This document shows, piece after piece, positions 1 through 12,600 of a DNA stretch of 64,000 nucleotides. How positions within the stretch are numbered: the first letter of the stretch is position 1; the number at the start of each line of letters is the position of its first letter. The notes below the pieces were generated by a model. That model saw only the letters and a list, made by a program, of their open reading frames with translations. It did not search any database and had not been told where the DNA came from. The stretch comes from Malacoraja senta (Eukaryota). Both the position numbers and the translations under genes were made by a program. The stretch spans positions 57,660,001-57,724,000 of the forward strand of contig CM075981.1 of assembly GCA_038087875.1 (NCBI GenBank), read 5' to 3'.

Positions 1-1238
1 AGCCATGAAGATGAAGGAATTGCCCATAGACCTCCGAGCCAGGATTGTGTCGAGACACAGATCTGGGGAAGGATATAAAACAATTTCTGCAGCATTGCAG
101 GTCCCGAAGAGCACAGTGGCCTCTGTCATTCTTAAATGGAAGAACTTTGGAACCACCAGGATTCTTCATAGAGCTGGCTGTCTGGCCAAACCGAGCAATC
201 GGGGGGAGAAGGGCCTTGGTCAGGGAGGTGACCAAGAACCTGATGGTCACTCTGACAAAGCTCCAGAGTTCCTCTGTGGAGATGGGAGAACCTTCCAGAA
301 GAATAACTATACCTGCAGCACTCCACCAATCAGGCCTTTATGGTAGAGTGGCCAGACGGAAGCCACTCCTCAGTAAAAGGTACATGAGAGCCCGTTTGAA
401 TTAGCCAAAAGGCACCTAAACGACTCTCAGACCATGAAAAACAAGATTCTCTGGTCTGATAAAACCAAGATTGAACTCTTTGGCCAGAATGCCACGTGTC
501 ACGTCTGGAGGAAACCAGGCACCGCTCATCTCCTGGCAAATACCATACCTACTGTGAAGCATGGTGGTGGCAGTGTCATACTGTGGGGATCTTTTTCAGC
601 AGCAGGAACTGGGAGACTAGTCAGGATCGAGGGAAAGATGAACGGAGCAAAGTACAGAGAGATCCTTGATGAAAACCTACTCCAGAGCGTTCTGGACCCG
701 ACTGGGGCGGAGGTTCACCTTCCAACAGGACAATGACCCTAAGCACAGAGCCAAGACAATGCAGGAGTGGCTTTGTGACAAGTCTGTGAATGTCCTTGAA
801 TGGCCCAGCCAGAGCCCGAACTTGAACCTGATTGAACATCTCTGGAGGGACCTGAAAATATCTGTGCATCGACGCTCCCCATCCAACCTGACAGAGCTTG
901 AGAGGATCTGCAGAGAAGAATGGGAGAAATTACCCAAATACAGGTGTGCCAAGCTTGTAGCATCATACCCAAGAAGACTTGAGGCTGTAGTCGCTGCCAA
1001 ACGTGCCTCAACAAAGTACTGAGTGAAGGGTCTGAATACTTATGTAAATGTGATATTTCAGTTATTTCTTTTTAATTACTTTGCAAAATTTTCTAAACAC
1101 CCATTTTCGCTTTTTTATAATGGGGTATTGTGTGTAGATTGATGATAAAAAAAATAATTTAATCCATTTTAGAATAAGGTTGTAACGTAACAAAATGTGG
1201 AAAAAGTCAAGGGGTCTGAATACTTTCTGAATCTGCTG
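1..1238 (+). mobile_element. Tc1/mariner (DD34E) DNA transposon with disrupted transposase and right terminal repeat; left end lies outside the window
   Basis: ORF pieces 5-346, 45-404, 434-736 and 666-1022 join by frameshifts into a Tc1 transposase (HTH KELPIDLRARIV..., [30 protein letters not shown]). GGTCTGAATACTT occurs at ~1029 and ~1213 (IR/DR type). Ends CTG followed by TA at 1239-1240. Confidence 0.95.
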
Positions 1239-1865
1239 TATCTCGGCATTACTCAATTACTATATATTCCCTTGCCTTGTGCATCCCCGCAAATGTATTA
1301 ACTGCACTTCTCTCTGTGCCTTTTATGAAAGGAAATTTGCCATCCAGACCTACTCTGTCCTGCATGTCATTTCACAGGGATGGGGGGGGGGGGGGAAGGG
1401 AAAACACATGCTGTGAACATTGACTCATCCCTAATTTCCCTTGAAGGGAGATTGGCATCAACTACACTGCCACAAATCACCGTGAGGAAGATATATCCTT
1501 CCTTTAAATACCTTTAAGTTTATTATTTTAGTAAAACAATAGTATAATTCAGTGATTACCATTACTGACAATAATTATTCATTTGTTCTTTTTGTGTCTG
1601 TCTTCAATTATTCATTCCAAATATATATTTGATTCAAGTCATACAGCATGGACCCGGCAATTCCATGTGATTTCACCTTGCAAACCAGCCTACCATGCGA
1701 GTTCTTGTCAAAACTGTTACAAAGGTCCATGTAGACAATGTTGACCACCCTGCCCACTTCAATGGAAACTTCAAATCATTTAACTTAAATTGCCGGGTTG
1801 TTGTGCTTAGACTCAAACTGATACATTTCTATCATTATTCCAGCAATCTAACCAATCCAATAATT

Positions 1866-2076
1866 TAGAAACAAGGAATGGCAGATGCTGGTTAATACCC
1901 AAAAGGACACAAAGTACTGGAATAACTCAGCAGATCAGGCAGCATTTCTGGAGAATATGGATAGGTGACGTTTTGGGTCCTGAAGAAGGGTGTCAACCCA
2001 AAATGTCACCTATCCATATTCTCCAGAGATGCTGCCTGACCTGCTGAGTTACTCCAGCAGTTTGTGTCCTTTTGTG
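1866..2076. mobile_element. Head-to-head inverted pair of Penelope pLTR-derived (hammerhead-type) repeats
   Basis: 1901-1978 is the near-perfect reverse complement of 1996-2073. Degenerate core CTGAAGAAGGGTGTCAACCCAAAATGTC at 1980. Flanked by caatccaataa (1853) and caatccaacaa (2077). Confidence 0.8.
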
Positions 2077-2250
2077 CAATCCAACAACCTGTTGCGCTAC
2101 CATTAGCAGCGACATTCACATACAGCATCTACAGTTCCTTATGTCTACATTTGCCTATATCACAGGCTTTACATTTATTGAATGTTGGGACAGCACATGC
2201 AGCATCATGTGTGCACATATCCACACTTCTTTTTAGATGATGGGTGTGAG

Positions 2251-2745
2251 TAGGGTTGCCAACTTTCTCACTCCCAAATAAGGGACAAAAGGTCAAAATA
2301 AGGGACAAATTCCCAACGACAATTCGTTGACCGACTCAGCCGTGGCTGGGTGAACGATGAGTTGGCCCAGGTGTTGGACTGCACACAAAGCCCAGCCGAC
2401 AGGCCAGCTGAGGAGTTTTGGCCTGGGCTGCGCAACATCGTGTGCAAAGTCCGGCACCCCATCCAACTCATGAACCGATGATCAGCCATGAGAAGGAGGG
2501 GTGTCGGTGGTAAGCGAAGGTCCGACAGCTGGCCGGGCTGCCGACCGACGGGGTCACGGGTGAGGCGCTATTGCTGCACTCCATGGGCTGCACTACGTCA
2601 GGACAGGTGTGGCTGGACACCGCGCTCCGACCAGAGAGTCCCCTCGACCCAAGTAGTAGCAATCAAATACAGCACAAGGGCGGTCCCGTATGGGACAAAC
2701 CAATATTGGGGATGTCTGGCTAATACAGGACAGTTGGCAACCCTA
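2251..2745. mobile_element. Non-autonomous hAT element (MITE)
   Basis: TIR TAGGGTTGCCAAC...GTTGGCAACCCTA with a perfect 8-bp TSD GGTGTGAG (2243-2250 and 2746-2753). Same family as 49083-49617, in the opposite orientation. Confidence 0.93.
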
Positions 2746-2961
2746 GGTGTGAGTGAGGCTTTATCTCAGTTTGCCCCATTTCAGTACCTTGTATAGTGTG
2801 GCTGCCTCTGGACAGTTTAAGGGACAATTAGGCAGAGGCAGTGACCAGCGGCATTGTCAATGAATTAATGAACAAAGACAATTGAGTTGGGTTTAGAGTT
2901 GCCTGTATGCTCACGGTGTCCCAAACTCACAGCCACACTGCACATTCTGGCTGCACCGCAC

Positions 2962-3165
2962 CTTTTCTGGGCCATATAGTTGGTCCGCATACTCATTCAG
3001 CAAGCTGTACGCTTCTGCTGTGCATTTTCTCTCGTTCATGTTGCAGGTGATAAGCAGACCCTGCATTCCCGCTTCCAGCTCTCGGCTCCCGCGGGACTTC
3101 TTGGCCGCATGGCGCAAGTATGAGCTCTTGGTTCTCTTCTTCGCTTTTGGATCGGCTGTGGTCAT
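2962..3165 (-). CDS. THUMPD1: THUMP domain-containing protein 1, first coding exon (68 codons); downstream exons lie left of the window
   Basis: MTTADPKAKKR...GMQGLLITCNMNERKCTAEAYSLLNEYADQLYGPEK matches the THUMPD1 N-terminus. Polypyrimidine tract and acceptor aacag|ccATG; donor AAG|GTGCGG at 2961. Confidence 0.93.
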
Positions 3166-3521
3166 GGCTGTTTAAAACAGACACAAAAAAAAGGCGGCTC
3201 TAATTTCAAGCAACTGTACAAACAAGATATTATAGTGCAAACTAGCTGCAAACGCTTCCCTTAAATGCATTGCGCATAATATATGACATCTTATCTTACC
3301 GTTTACAATCTGAAGAGCTACTCTGCAGAACTCCTCCCTTTCGCATCATTAAACTGCGACACAACCAGACTAAAAATACTGTTCAGGGTCCTAATGCTGC
3401 CAGACCTATGGTCTCCTTTTACCGCCTAGCAGCTACAATTTTGCAAATCACCGAGATTGGCATTTTCTGGATACAATTATAAAAACTGAAAGCAAAATAA
3501 AACCTGTCGTAAATGTTAGGT

Positions 3522-3712
3522 AGACTAAAATGCTGGAGAAACTCAGCGGGTGAGGCAGCATCCAGGGAGCGAAGGAATAGGCGACATTTCGGGTCGAGAC
3601 CCTTCTTCAGACTTTCTCCTTTCCCCACTTGTAAAATCAAGACTTATTCTGAAGAAGGGTCTCGACCCCGAAACATCACTCATTCCTTCTCTCCAGAGAT
3701 GCTGCCTGTCCT
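3522..3712. mobile_element. Head-to-head pair of hammerhead-type Penelope pLTR repeats
   Basis: Minus-strand core CTGAAGAAGGGTCTCGACCCGAAATGTC (3610-3583) and plus-strand core CTGAAGAAGGGTCTCGACCCCGAAACATC (from 3649), separated by a ~37-nt spacer. Confidence 0.8.
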
Positions 3713-4016
3713 ACGATGCCTCACGATATGTGACAATAATAAACTTTAAAATAATGGAGAGTCTGCATTAAAAAAATATGTGCTTTCATATTCCTGCCTG
3801 AATTATGTAATCATTCAGTACACATATGGTCACCAGAGACCATGGAGTCATTTTGGCCCATCAAATATCTGCTAGTTTCCTTTGGAGCAATCCCATTTGT
3901 TCTATTGCAAAAAACCCTGCTGGGGGAACTCAGTGGGTCAGACAGCATCTGTGGAGGAGATGGACGGACAACGTTTTGGTGGAAGAAATGTGTTCACACT
4001 AGAGTGGAGGTGGGTA

Positions 4017-4702
4017 CAGGTCCACCACCGATTTTCCGGCAACTGGTGGTCCGGCACCTCCTTTAAACTACAAAATTATGAGAGAGCACTTGAAATTCTC
4101 CCACCCCGCAGAAAATGTGGCGCCTATGCCGGGTGAGGCGGCCAATCTTGACCTCATTGGGTCTTCCATGCCAGTCAGCTGATCGGCAGATCTGTTTCCT
4201 TAGCCAACTTGATTGTGAGTTGATCCGACTTTGTTCCATGCTAACCAGTCAGCGGAAAGGCTGCATGATTACAATCATGATGGATTCTTGATCAGTACGG
4301 GTGTCAGGGGTTATGGGGAGAAGGCAGGAGAATGGGGTTAGGTGGGAGACATAGATCAGCCATGATTGAATGGCGGAGTTGACTTGATGTGCCGAATGGC
4401 CTAATTCTACTCTTATCACTGATGACCTTATGACTTCTGAGGCCGATCAGCAGGTCGAATTTGCCTGCTGCGTCTGGGGATCTGGAACTCTGGAACTTCG
4501 GCTCGGCCGGAGCTGGTGGATCCCATGGCTGATTTCCGAGGTCGACTTTGCAGGCTGTTATGTTGGCCCCTGGGTGGCCTAGGTGGACCATTCTCGGAGC
4601 GTTGCACTCCTCTTGGAGGTCGTGACCTCTGTTGGCTCAGCAAAATAGATAATCCCAAAAGGCTCTGGAACCAAGTGTGCCGGAAAATCAGTGGTGAGCC
4701 TA
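4017..4702. mobile_element. TcMar/Tigger-like MITE containing a nested CR1 3' fragment (~4282-4435)
   Basis: TA|CAGGTCCACCACCGATTTTCCGGCA at the left end, TGCCGGAAAATCAGTGGTGAGCC|TA at the right (imperfect TIR). The internal ggttatggggagaaggcagg...gccgaatggcctaattct is a CR1 3' end. Confidence 0.65.
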
Positions 4703-5611
4703 CTTAACATTGAAGAATTCCATTAATTTCTCACACATTTCTCCACCGCCCTAATCACTCTACTCCTTCCTCCACCTCTGGATGTCCATCTCTCAAGTAC
4801 GTCCCACATTTCCCTTTTATCCATCTCTCCCTGTCTCCTTCCACCCATGTTCCTTATTACATTTCACACCTCTTCTTTCCTTTTCTGACACCTTTTTGTC
4901 TCCACCTCTAGCTTTTATCACTTACTCCATCCATCAGTTTATCATCCCCCCCCTCTCCCCTCCATCTATAACTTGCAAGGGTTTGGCCCAGGCCCTCCCC
5001 TTCGTTACAGCATTCTTCCCCATACTGCATCAGTTTGAAGAAGGTCCCGACCTAAAACATCTTCTGCCTACTCCCTCCACTGATCCTGCCTGACCCGCCG
5101 ATCTCCTTCAACAGTTTATTTTGCCTAAAATTCCAGTATCTGCAGTTTCCTATGTTATAATTAGTCCTGCACCTCCCCCCCACCCACACCCCATTATTGG
5201 AAGCCAAGTTGTTGTAACTGATTTTTGTCTTGCTAAATAGATGTTGCATTTAAGATGTACTGTTAATGATCAACAATACTGGAATGGGAAATAGTTCACT
5301 CTCCTGGTAAAGTTTAAGGGAGCTTTTCTTTAAACTTAACTTCAGTGTTCAAAGTACATAATTATCAAGTTGTACCAACTGTGAACAAACAGTGAAAAAA
5401 ATGTTTCTTGTGCTTATCCTGATAATTAAATATATTATGGACTATTCATCTAATTAAAACATAATGTGTAAAGTATATCCATACACTTTTTCAACAATAA
5501 CAACAATTTATTCAGAACTCTTTCATAAAGTGGGTAATTTTGGGTTCATTTTAATTAAAAGAATACTTAAATAAAAACAGGTATATATTTGTTCTTCTAA
5601 TTTCTTTCAGA

Positions 5612-5778
5612 CCTAAGACTTTTGCCTCCATCACAGTGAGGAGATGCTGGGTGGACTCACTGTGGTGGATGTTAATATGTGTTTATTGTTGTTTTTATTG
5701 TATTATATGTATGACTGCTGCAATTTCGTCCAGACTTCGGTCTGAATGACAATAAAGGCATATCTATCTATCTATCTA
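5612..5778 (+). mobile_element. LINE 3' end (Rex1/Babar-like) with (TATC)n tail
   Basis: ctgaatgacaataaagg followed by tatctatctatcta; AT-rich 3' UTR. Confidence 0.5.
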
Positions 5779-6373
5779 AAATAAATAAAATTGAACTCAT
5801 CATATAGTTAAGAATGACAACATCCCAAATCCATGCACAAAAATGTAAACAAACTGGCCTAGATTTCACTGGTAAATAATTACGAATGAAATTGTCAGCA
5901 GATGCAAAAGCCAACAAATGCAGTGTTTCCACAGAAGTAGATGAGCATGGAAACTATAGACTTACTTGGTCATAGCTGGCCAGATGCTCTGAGCTGTACA
6001 ACATAGAACAGCAGTACAGCACATGAACAGACTTTTGGCCCACAACATCAGTTCCAGTCATCATGCCAATTTAAAGTAATTCCATCTACTTGTATATGGT
6101 CTATTTCCTATCTGTTCATGTTCTTGCATCCCACTATAGCTGAACTTCCCAGAGAGCCCAGCCACCATTTTCAAACTAACTGATATCCCCAGTATTTATA
6201 TATGAAAATCAGAGAGAAAATATGAGGTCCTGATTACAATGTTGGCAGGCCATTTGATTTGCATGCTCAATATAATGTCTCAACACCTCAATACAAAGAT
6301 TCTAATCTGAATTGTGTCACTGCAAGAGATTATCATGGAGACAATCAAGAACATACTCAAGAACATTTCCTAG

Positions 6374-6631
6374 GGCGGCACAGTGCAAGACCCCAGGTTC
6401 GATCCTGCCTATGGGTGCTGTCCTTATGGAGCTTGCACGTTCTCCCTGTGACAGCGTGGGTTTCCTCCAGGTTCTCCGGTTTCCTCCCACATTCCAAAAA
6501 CGTGTGGGTTTGTCGGTTAATTATCTTCTGTAAATTGTCCCTAATTTGTAGGGTAGAACTATTGTATGGGTGATTGTTGGTTGGTGTGGCCTTGGTGGGG
6601 TGGCCTATTTTCACACTGTATCTCTAAACTA
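6374..6631 (+). mobile_element. HE1/V-SINE-type tRNA-derived SINE
   Basis: B-box GGTTCGATCC, V-domain (cacgttctccctgtgacagcgtgggtttcctcc...), CR1-like tail ctgtatctctaaac. Confidence 0.85.
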
Positions 6632-6874
6632 TTCCATCTGTGCACCTCAGAACTGGAGCAGAAACACATCATCCAAATGAGAACAAAAACAAATTACTGA
6701 GGAAGTCAAAAGATCAAACAGGAGCTGTTGGGGTGGAAGGAGTGGAGTTGGGAGACAGAGTCAGTTGGATACAGGCAAAAAAACAAAAAGGCAGATGGAG
6801 CCAGGTAAGGGGGATGGGAGGGTTAAGGAGGAGATAGCAGTAGATCGAACACAAATACAGTGGCGCAGCGGTAG

Positions 6875-7277
6875 TGTAAGAGCAATTCATGCTTAGGCTA
6901 GTTACTGTTAGCATATTATGTTATTTTGTCTAGATATTTCTAGCAGTATTATTTTAAACACTTGGGGGTGGGCATTTGATACATAGATGAGCGTGACATA
7001 TATGATAGAAGGAGAGGGACCAGATCAGACCAGTAACGGGATTTGGAGAGAAAACAGCTCTTACCAGATAGTAAGAACGGAACGCTACAATTTGTATAAG
7101 AATAAAGAGGATCTGGTATGTTCATTTTTTTTTTTGTAAAACGACTTCAATAAAGAACCACTGGAAATAACGACTGGAAGATCCGTTTTTTCTTGTCTGC
7201 GTAAGATCACTCCCACCACCCGTGTAGTAATGGCAACGGAAAGTTGGACATTGGAAAAGTTTGAAATTGCCATTACA
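6875..7277 (+). mobile_element. Solo LTR (403 bp) inserted in the head of a HE1-type SINE
   Basis: TGTAAGAGCAATT...AATTGCCATTACA termini, 5-bp TSD GGTAG (6870-6874 and 7278-7282), internal AATAAA. Removing it restores cagtggcgcagcggtagagttgc. Confidence 0.88.
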
Positions 7278-7549
7278 GGTAGAGTTGCCAGACAGCGCCA
7301 GACACCAGTTAAAACTCGGTGGGCTCAAAACTAAAATGCCAGTATCCGATAAGAAAGGAATATGATGATTCCCATTAATAATGATTAAACCAGATGGGGA
7401 GGGGATCTGATGGGTGAAGTATGTGGAGCCAGGAGAGGAGGGATCGAAATGGGTGCTGGGGAGACCAAGGAAGGGGTAATGGAAATGTGACAAAAAAGGG
7501 AGGACTGGAAATGGATTGGAAGGAATGAGAGGGAGGGAACACAGGAAGT

Positions 7550-8780
7550 AAGTGTTAACTGAAATTGGAAAATTCATTTGTTCACATGATAACCAGTTTG
7601 GTTTTAAAGCTAAACATGGCACTGATTTGTGCATATATGCCCTAAAGGAGATTGTAAATATAGAGGCAAAAACTCTTCAATTCTTATGTGCTTTATTGAT
7701 GCTTCCAAAGCCTTTGGTCGTGTTGATCACAGAAAGCTGTTTGTTAAAATGAGTAAAGAGGAGTGGCCTATATACATTGTGAGAATTCCTGCTTACTGGT
7801 ATGCCCACCAGACTATGCAAATAAAATGGGGCAATAGGGTGTCAGCCCCATTTGGGCTTAGCAATGGTGTTAGACAAGGGGGAATTTTGGCCCCAGTCCT
7901 ATTTAATCTTTATATTGATGATCTGTCCAAACAATTGAAAGCCTGTAATACTGGGTGCATGATTGGTAATATTTTAGTGAACCATATGTATGCAGATGAT
8001 CTTGTGGTCTTTAGTCCATCTAGCGCTGTCTCCAGCAGCTTCTTACTATATGTTCAGTGTACGGTGTGGAACATGATATTAAATATAATGCTTGTAAGAG
8101 TGATGTTATGATCTGTAGAACCAAAGAGGATAAATTTCTAATATTTCCTGATTTTAAATTGTCTGACAATAATCTTAGTGTCTGTAATAAGATAAAATAT
8201 CTTGGGCATTTTATTACAGAACAAAGCAGGTGAATATTCTCTTGCGTAAGTTTGGTGCGTGTACAGACGTGGTGAAGATGTCGCTGTTTAGAGCATATTG
8301 CACACCACTCTATACTGCGCACCTGTTGTCAAACTACAGAAAGGCAAGTTTGCATGGACTAAAGGTGGCATATAATAATGCCATGAGAACACTAAGGAAA
8401 CCTAGATGGTGTAGTGCGAGTAACATGTGTGTGGCTGCAGGAGTCAGTGCTTTAGAAGCTATCCTAAGAAATCACATGTATAAATTCATTTGCAGGATAA
8501 ATGATTCTAAAAATGTAATTATCGTGGCTTTGTCAAACATAAGGTTTAGCACTACATGCTACCAATCCCAGTTGTGGAGACACTGGTATCGCTGTCTCGT
8601 TATAGACATTGATCATTCTTTTTTATTCTGGATTTTAAATCATGTATTGTGGGGTTTTTAATATATAATTTATAATGCTTTAATAAGTGATATACTAAGA
8701 TTTTATATGTATTTTATGATGTTTTTATATGCAATGTATTTTTATGTAATGTCCCTTGTCCGAAATAACGTTTATTTATT
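7550..8780 (+). mobile_element. 5'-truncated non-LTR retrotransposon, RT and C-terminal region (possibly RTE-X-like), frameshifted
   Basis: NQFGFKAKHGT, FIDASKAF, NGVRQGGILAPVLFNLYIDDL, MYADDLV and LFRAYCTPLY across ORFs 7552, 7629 and 8230; AT-rich 3' UTR. The clade assignment is tentative. Confidence 0.85.
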
Positions 8781-8789
8781 TAACATTGT

Positions 8790-9168
8790 AGACTATGCAG
8801 GCGGAACATGAGGTGTGTTCTTCAAGTTTGCATTGGGCAATGGGATGGCTATTGCGGATTGAGTGCAGGTGCTTTGCGATGCAGAGACATCAGGAGCGCC
8901 AAATGTAGTTGGAGAAAATGCACGTGAATCTTTGCCCTGAATTGTGGTCAGAGAGGAGCTGTGAGAATAATTGTAGCACCTCCTGCAGTTACAGGGAAAA
9001 GTGCCAGGGGTCAAAGCAGGCAGGATTGAGGGGTGGGGGGAAAGTGAGTGACCAGCAGTCACAATGAGAGTGCTCCCTGGATGCCTTGGGGAGGGAAAGA
9101 TGTGGGTGGGATCCCATTGCGTTTGGCAGAAATGTCAAAGGTTTGGTGTGTTGGATGCAGAGGCTGGT
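8790..9168 (-). mobile_element. Degraded Penelope-like fragment (Cys linker / GIY-YIG region)
   Basis: Translates PGTFPCNCRRC...TTIQG; similar to the Penelope remnants at 25531 and 32194. Confidence 0.6.
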
Positions 9169-9175
9169 AACTTAC

Positions 9176-9670
9176 TTAGTGACCTTTCGCAACAAAAATC
9201 GACTATACCCCTTTGTGTTGAACGCGATTTGCCACCACGTTAAATAAAATAAGCCTTCGAGTGCTTTGACTATAAATGAAAACCACGGAGGGAGGGGAGC
9301 TACCTGCGACCTTTGCTCCATTGCCACCGAGGATCGATCGTCCTGAGCTCGAGCGGCCGCGGAGGGGCGACGGTTGCGCTCACAGTGGGGTGAATATGGA
9401 AGCAAGGTGGGAAGGCGATCGCGCGTGGGGCACGGACTGGTGGTGATCGCGCACAGTAGGTTACGCGCGCGGGGCAGTTGCGCGCGGGAGGGTGGGGGTT
9501 GGTGGCGCGCGGGGGTCAGTTGCGCGCAAAGATCCTATATGGTCCTCTAGTATCTTTGGTTGCGCGCGGGAAGGGGGGTTGGTGGCGCGCGGGGGTAGTG
9601 GCGCGCGGGAGGGTTGGGGGGGGTTGGTGGCGCGCGGGGCAGTTGCGCGTGTAGGGGGGGGGGAGGTGGC
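9176..9670 (-). promoter_or_regulatory. THUMPD1: CpG island: probable THUMPD1 promoter and non-coding first exon, with a G-rich GCGCGCGGGG tandem repeat
   Basis: The only CpG-dense unique sequence upstream of the THUMPD1 coding exon. Minus-strand donors CAG|GTAGCT (9303) and AA|GTAAGT (9175). Repeated gcgcgcgggg..ggttggtg units at 9460-9670. Confidence 0.6.
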
Positions 9671-12600
9671 GGTTGAAACCTATGTGTCAAGTTCATGTGA
9701 CTGCTAAAGATATTTAAATTGTTTAAAGAACATTCTTTCATATTTCATTTCCTTGCCCATATCACCACAAAAAATAGCTAGTCATTCACATGATTCATCT
9801 TTATTAAATGATCGTGTTTAATGTAGATCAACCAGGGTGTCTAATTTTTATACTGTTTTATTTTACCAATGCAATGTTTTGATGCAATTTGTTAGGCTCA
9901 GTTTTTTGGATGTAATGTTAAAGTGATTCTTCATCTGCTCTAGGATTGGTAAAAGGTTTCCCTGAGCCCTATTTCAAAGAAGAGTAGGGACATTATCGTC
10001 ATTGTCCTGGCCAATTGCTAATTCAATATCACCAAAAATATCGTTTGATCATTGTGGTGTTGTATTTGGTGGGAGCTTGCATTTTTGGTAAGTATTAGAT
10101 GGTGGGGAAATGAATATGAAAATGGGGATATCCATGGAAGATTGAGGCCAGGATTTGTATGGGAATAAGTTGCTAATGGTACAATTCGAGCATGATGTTT
10201 TGTGAATTTTGTGGATGGGCTAATGCAGAGGACAAAACTGAGTCAATATCATAGCAATTTTAGGTAGTTCAACTATAGACAGTTGGAGCATTCATTTCAG
10301 GTAGTTGTGCTATAACATGTGTTTTCATTAACATGAATTGGATATCATTTGAGTGATGAATTAGGGGACACTATTTGCAATACACGGGCCAAATTGGTTA
10401 CAATGCAATTTCAATCAGGAACTAGAGAACCACTGAAAAGTTAATTTGGAAATTGACAAGCAGACAAAAAAGCTGTCTTAGACTTAAACAGGGGGGGGAA
10501 AATTCCATGTGACCTTCCCGCAATAATGAGAAACCATTGTCTTTTAAGAATACAGCTGCTTCTTTAACAGTGAGTGGACATTGAAATTGATAAGCGCTAA
10601 CTTTTATTAACACTTATGCAACAATAGCATGTTAAACAATGTAACAAAGAGCCTTTTGTAATTTTAGCTTTTTTAACAAAAATAAACATTTGAAAACACC
10701 TTGATATCTTGCATGAAACACTTTTCTATTGCAAGTCTAAAATTCTAGCCCCTAATCTCCTACGCACCATTGACACAATTGATTTTATAATGTGCTTTCT
10801 ATATCACAAGGTTTCTAGGATCACAACTATGGTGTTATAGCAGAACTAACTGTATTGAACTAGCAGTATCCAGAAAACTACAACATGCCATGAATGAAGA
10901 TGAGGTATTGTTCCTCGAGCTTGTGCTAGGCCTCGCTCTACAAAGTACGGTGCATTGCATGGTTGCCAGTCATTGTACTGGATATATTGCAGGGCAAAAT
11001 AATGCTGTGAGTAATGTGAATACGGCGGAATAATACACTCCACAACGTAATTAAATAACAGGAACTACAATTAAAATGTTTACTCCGCTGTAGTGCTGTG
11101 AAACCTTTGGTCGATTCGAAATAAATTAGTCGCAGAAAATCTCCATTGTTAAACCATTGATTTATTTGTAAAGACAAAGTTTCAATTTAGCGATTTTACT
11201 TCTATCTGATGGTAAGTCTTAACAAAAATTTAAATGGCAGAAGCTTTAATAGAAAATGGGCAACTGATTTTCAGTTCCAAGAGAAAATTTGATCTTAGAT
11301 CAATTTCAAGTAACTCTTATTTAGAAAAGCATTGAAGGTGTGCCTTTTATGAATCAATTAGACTATCTGCAGTAATTTTTAGTGGATATATAAGTTTGTT
11401 TATCATAAACCTGAAAGGGTGAAAGCGGATGAGAAGTCATATCTGTTTAATGAAAATAAGAACGTGTAAGAATCAGAATTTACAGTAAACAAATGGAATA
11501 AAATTTGGTACTTCAAATTATTTAACTCCAAGTTCATTTTAAGACTGACTGAACCTAAATCTTCCAGTGATGTCAGGATATTTGTGTGTTAATCTTTAAC
11601 AGAGAAGATGTTTAAATTGTGTGTGTTTGTGTGAATATAAATTAGTTTTTGTATTCTTTTACTAGTAAATTTAACAGGGTTTCCACTGCACCTTTGGGGA
11701 AATTAACAGTGGTTTTCAAAACACAAAGATATTTGTGAAATTGGTGGAGGAAACTACCTTTCTCACTAATATTGGGCAAGGAATTGTTATGGGACATAAC
11801 AGAGTGATGGGGGGGGGGAGATTGGTTTCTTAATGGAATGTTTGGGACATCATGTGTTTGGTAAGCGCAATAAGGTAGAAGGATTGGGGTTTCAATCAGG
11901 TGCATATTTTAAAGTTGGGAGTTTGTGAGTGTATGTAGTGAGGGTATGTAGGGATCATGACTGAGCTTGGGGGCAGTTGCACGTGGGGGGGCGGGGAGGT
12001 GGCGGTTGAAACCTATGTGTCAAGTTCATGTGACTGCTAAAGATATTTAAATTGTTTAAAGAACATTCTTTCATATTTCATTCCTTGCCCATATCGCCAC
12101 AAAAAATAGCTAGTCATTCACATGATTCATCTTTATTAAATGATCGTGTTTAATGTAGATCAACCAGGGTGTCTAATTTTTATACTGTTTTATTTTTACC
12201 AATGCAATGTTTTTGATGCAATTTGTTAGGCTCAGTTTTTTGGATGTAATGTTAAAGTGATTCTTCATCTGCTCTAGGATTGGTAAAAGGTTTCCCTGAG
12301 CCCTATTTCAAAGAAGAGTAGGGATATTATCGTCATTGTCCTGGCCAATTGCTAATTCAATATCACCAAAAATATCGTTTGATCATTGTGGTGTTGTATT
12401 TGGTGGGAGCTTGCATTTTTGGTAAGTATTAGATGGTGGGGAAATGAATATGAAAATGGGGATATCCATGGAAGATTGAGGCCAGGATTTGTATGGGAAT
12501 AAGTTGCTAATGGAACAATTCAAGCATGATGTTTTGTGAATTTTGTGGATGGGCTAATGCAGAGGACAAAAACTGAGTCAATATCATAGCAATTTTAGGT

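Noticed and set aside
1901-2073. Long hairpin as a conserved miRNA gene or a DNA-transposon MITE
   Set aside because: The arms match the Penelope pLTR repeat seen as single copies elsewhere; no DNA-transposon-type termini or TSD length, and no recognisable miRNA.
2268-2796. GC-rich ORFs here and at 48977-49667 and 34620-34960 as genes or CpG-island promoters
   Set aside because: They lie wholly inside TIR/TSD-bounded MITEs.
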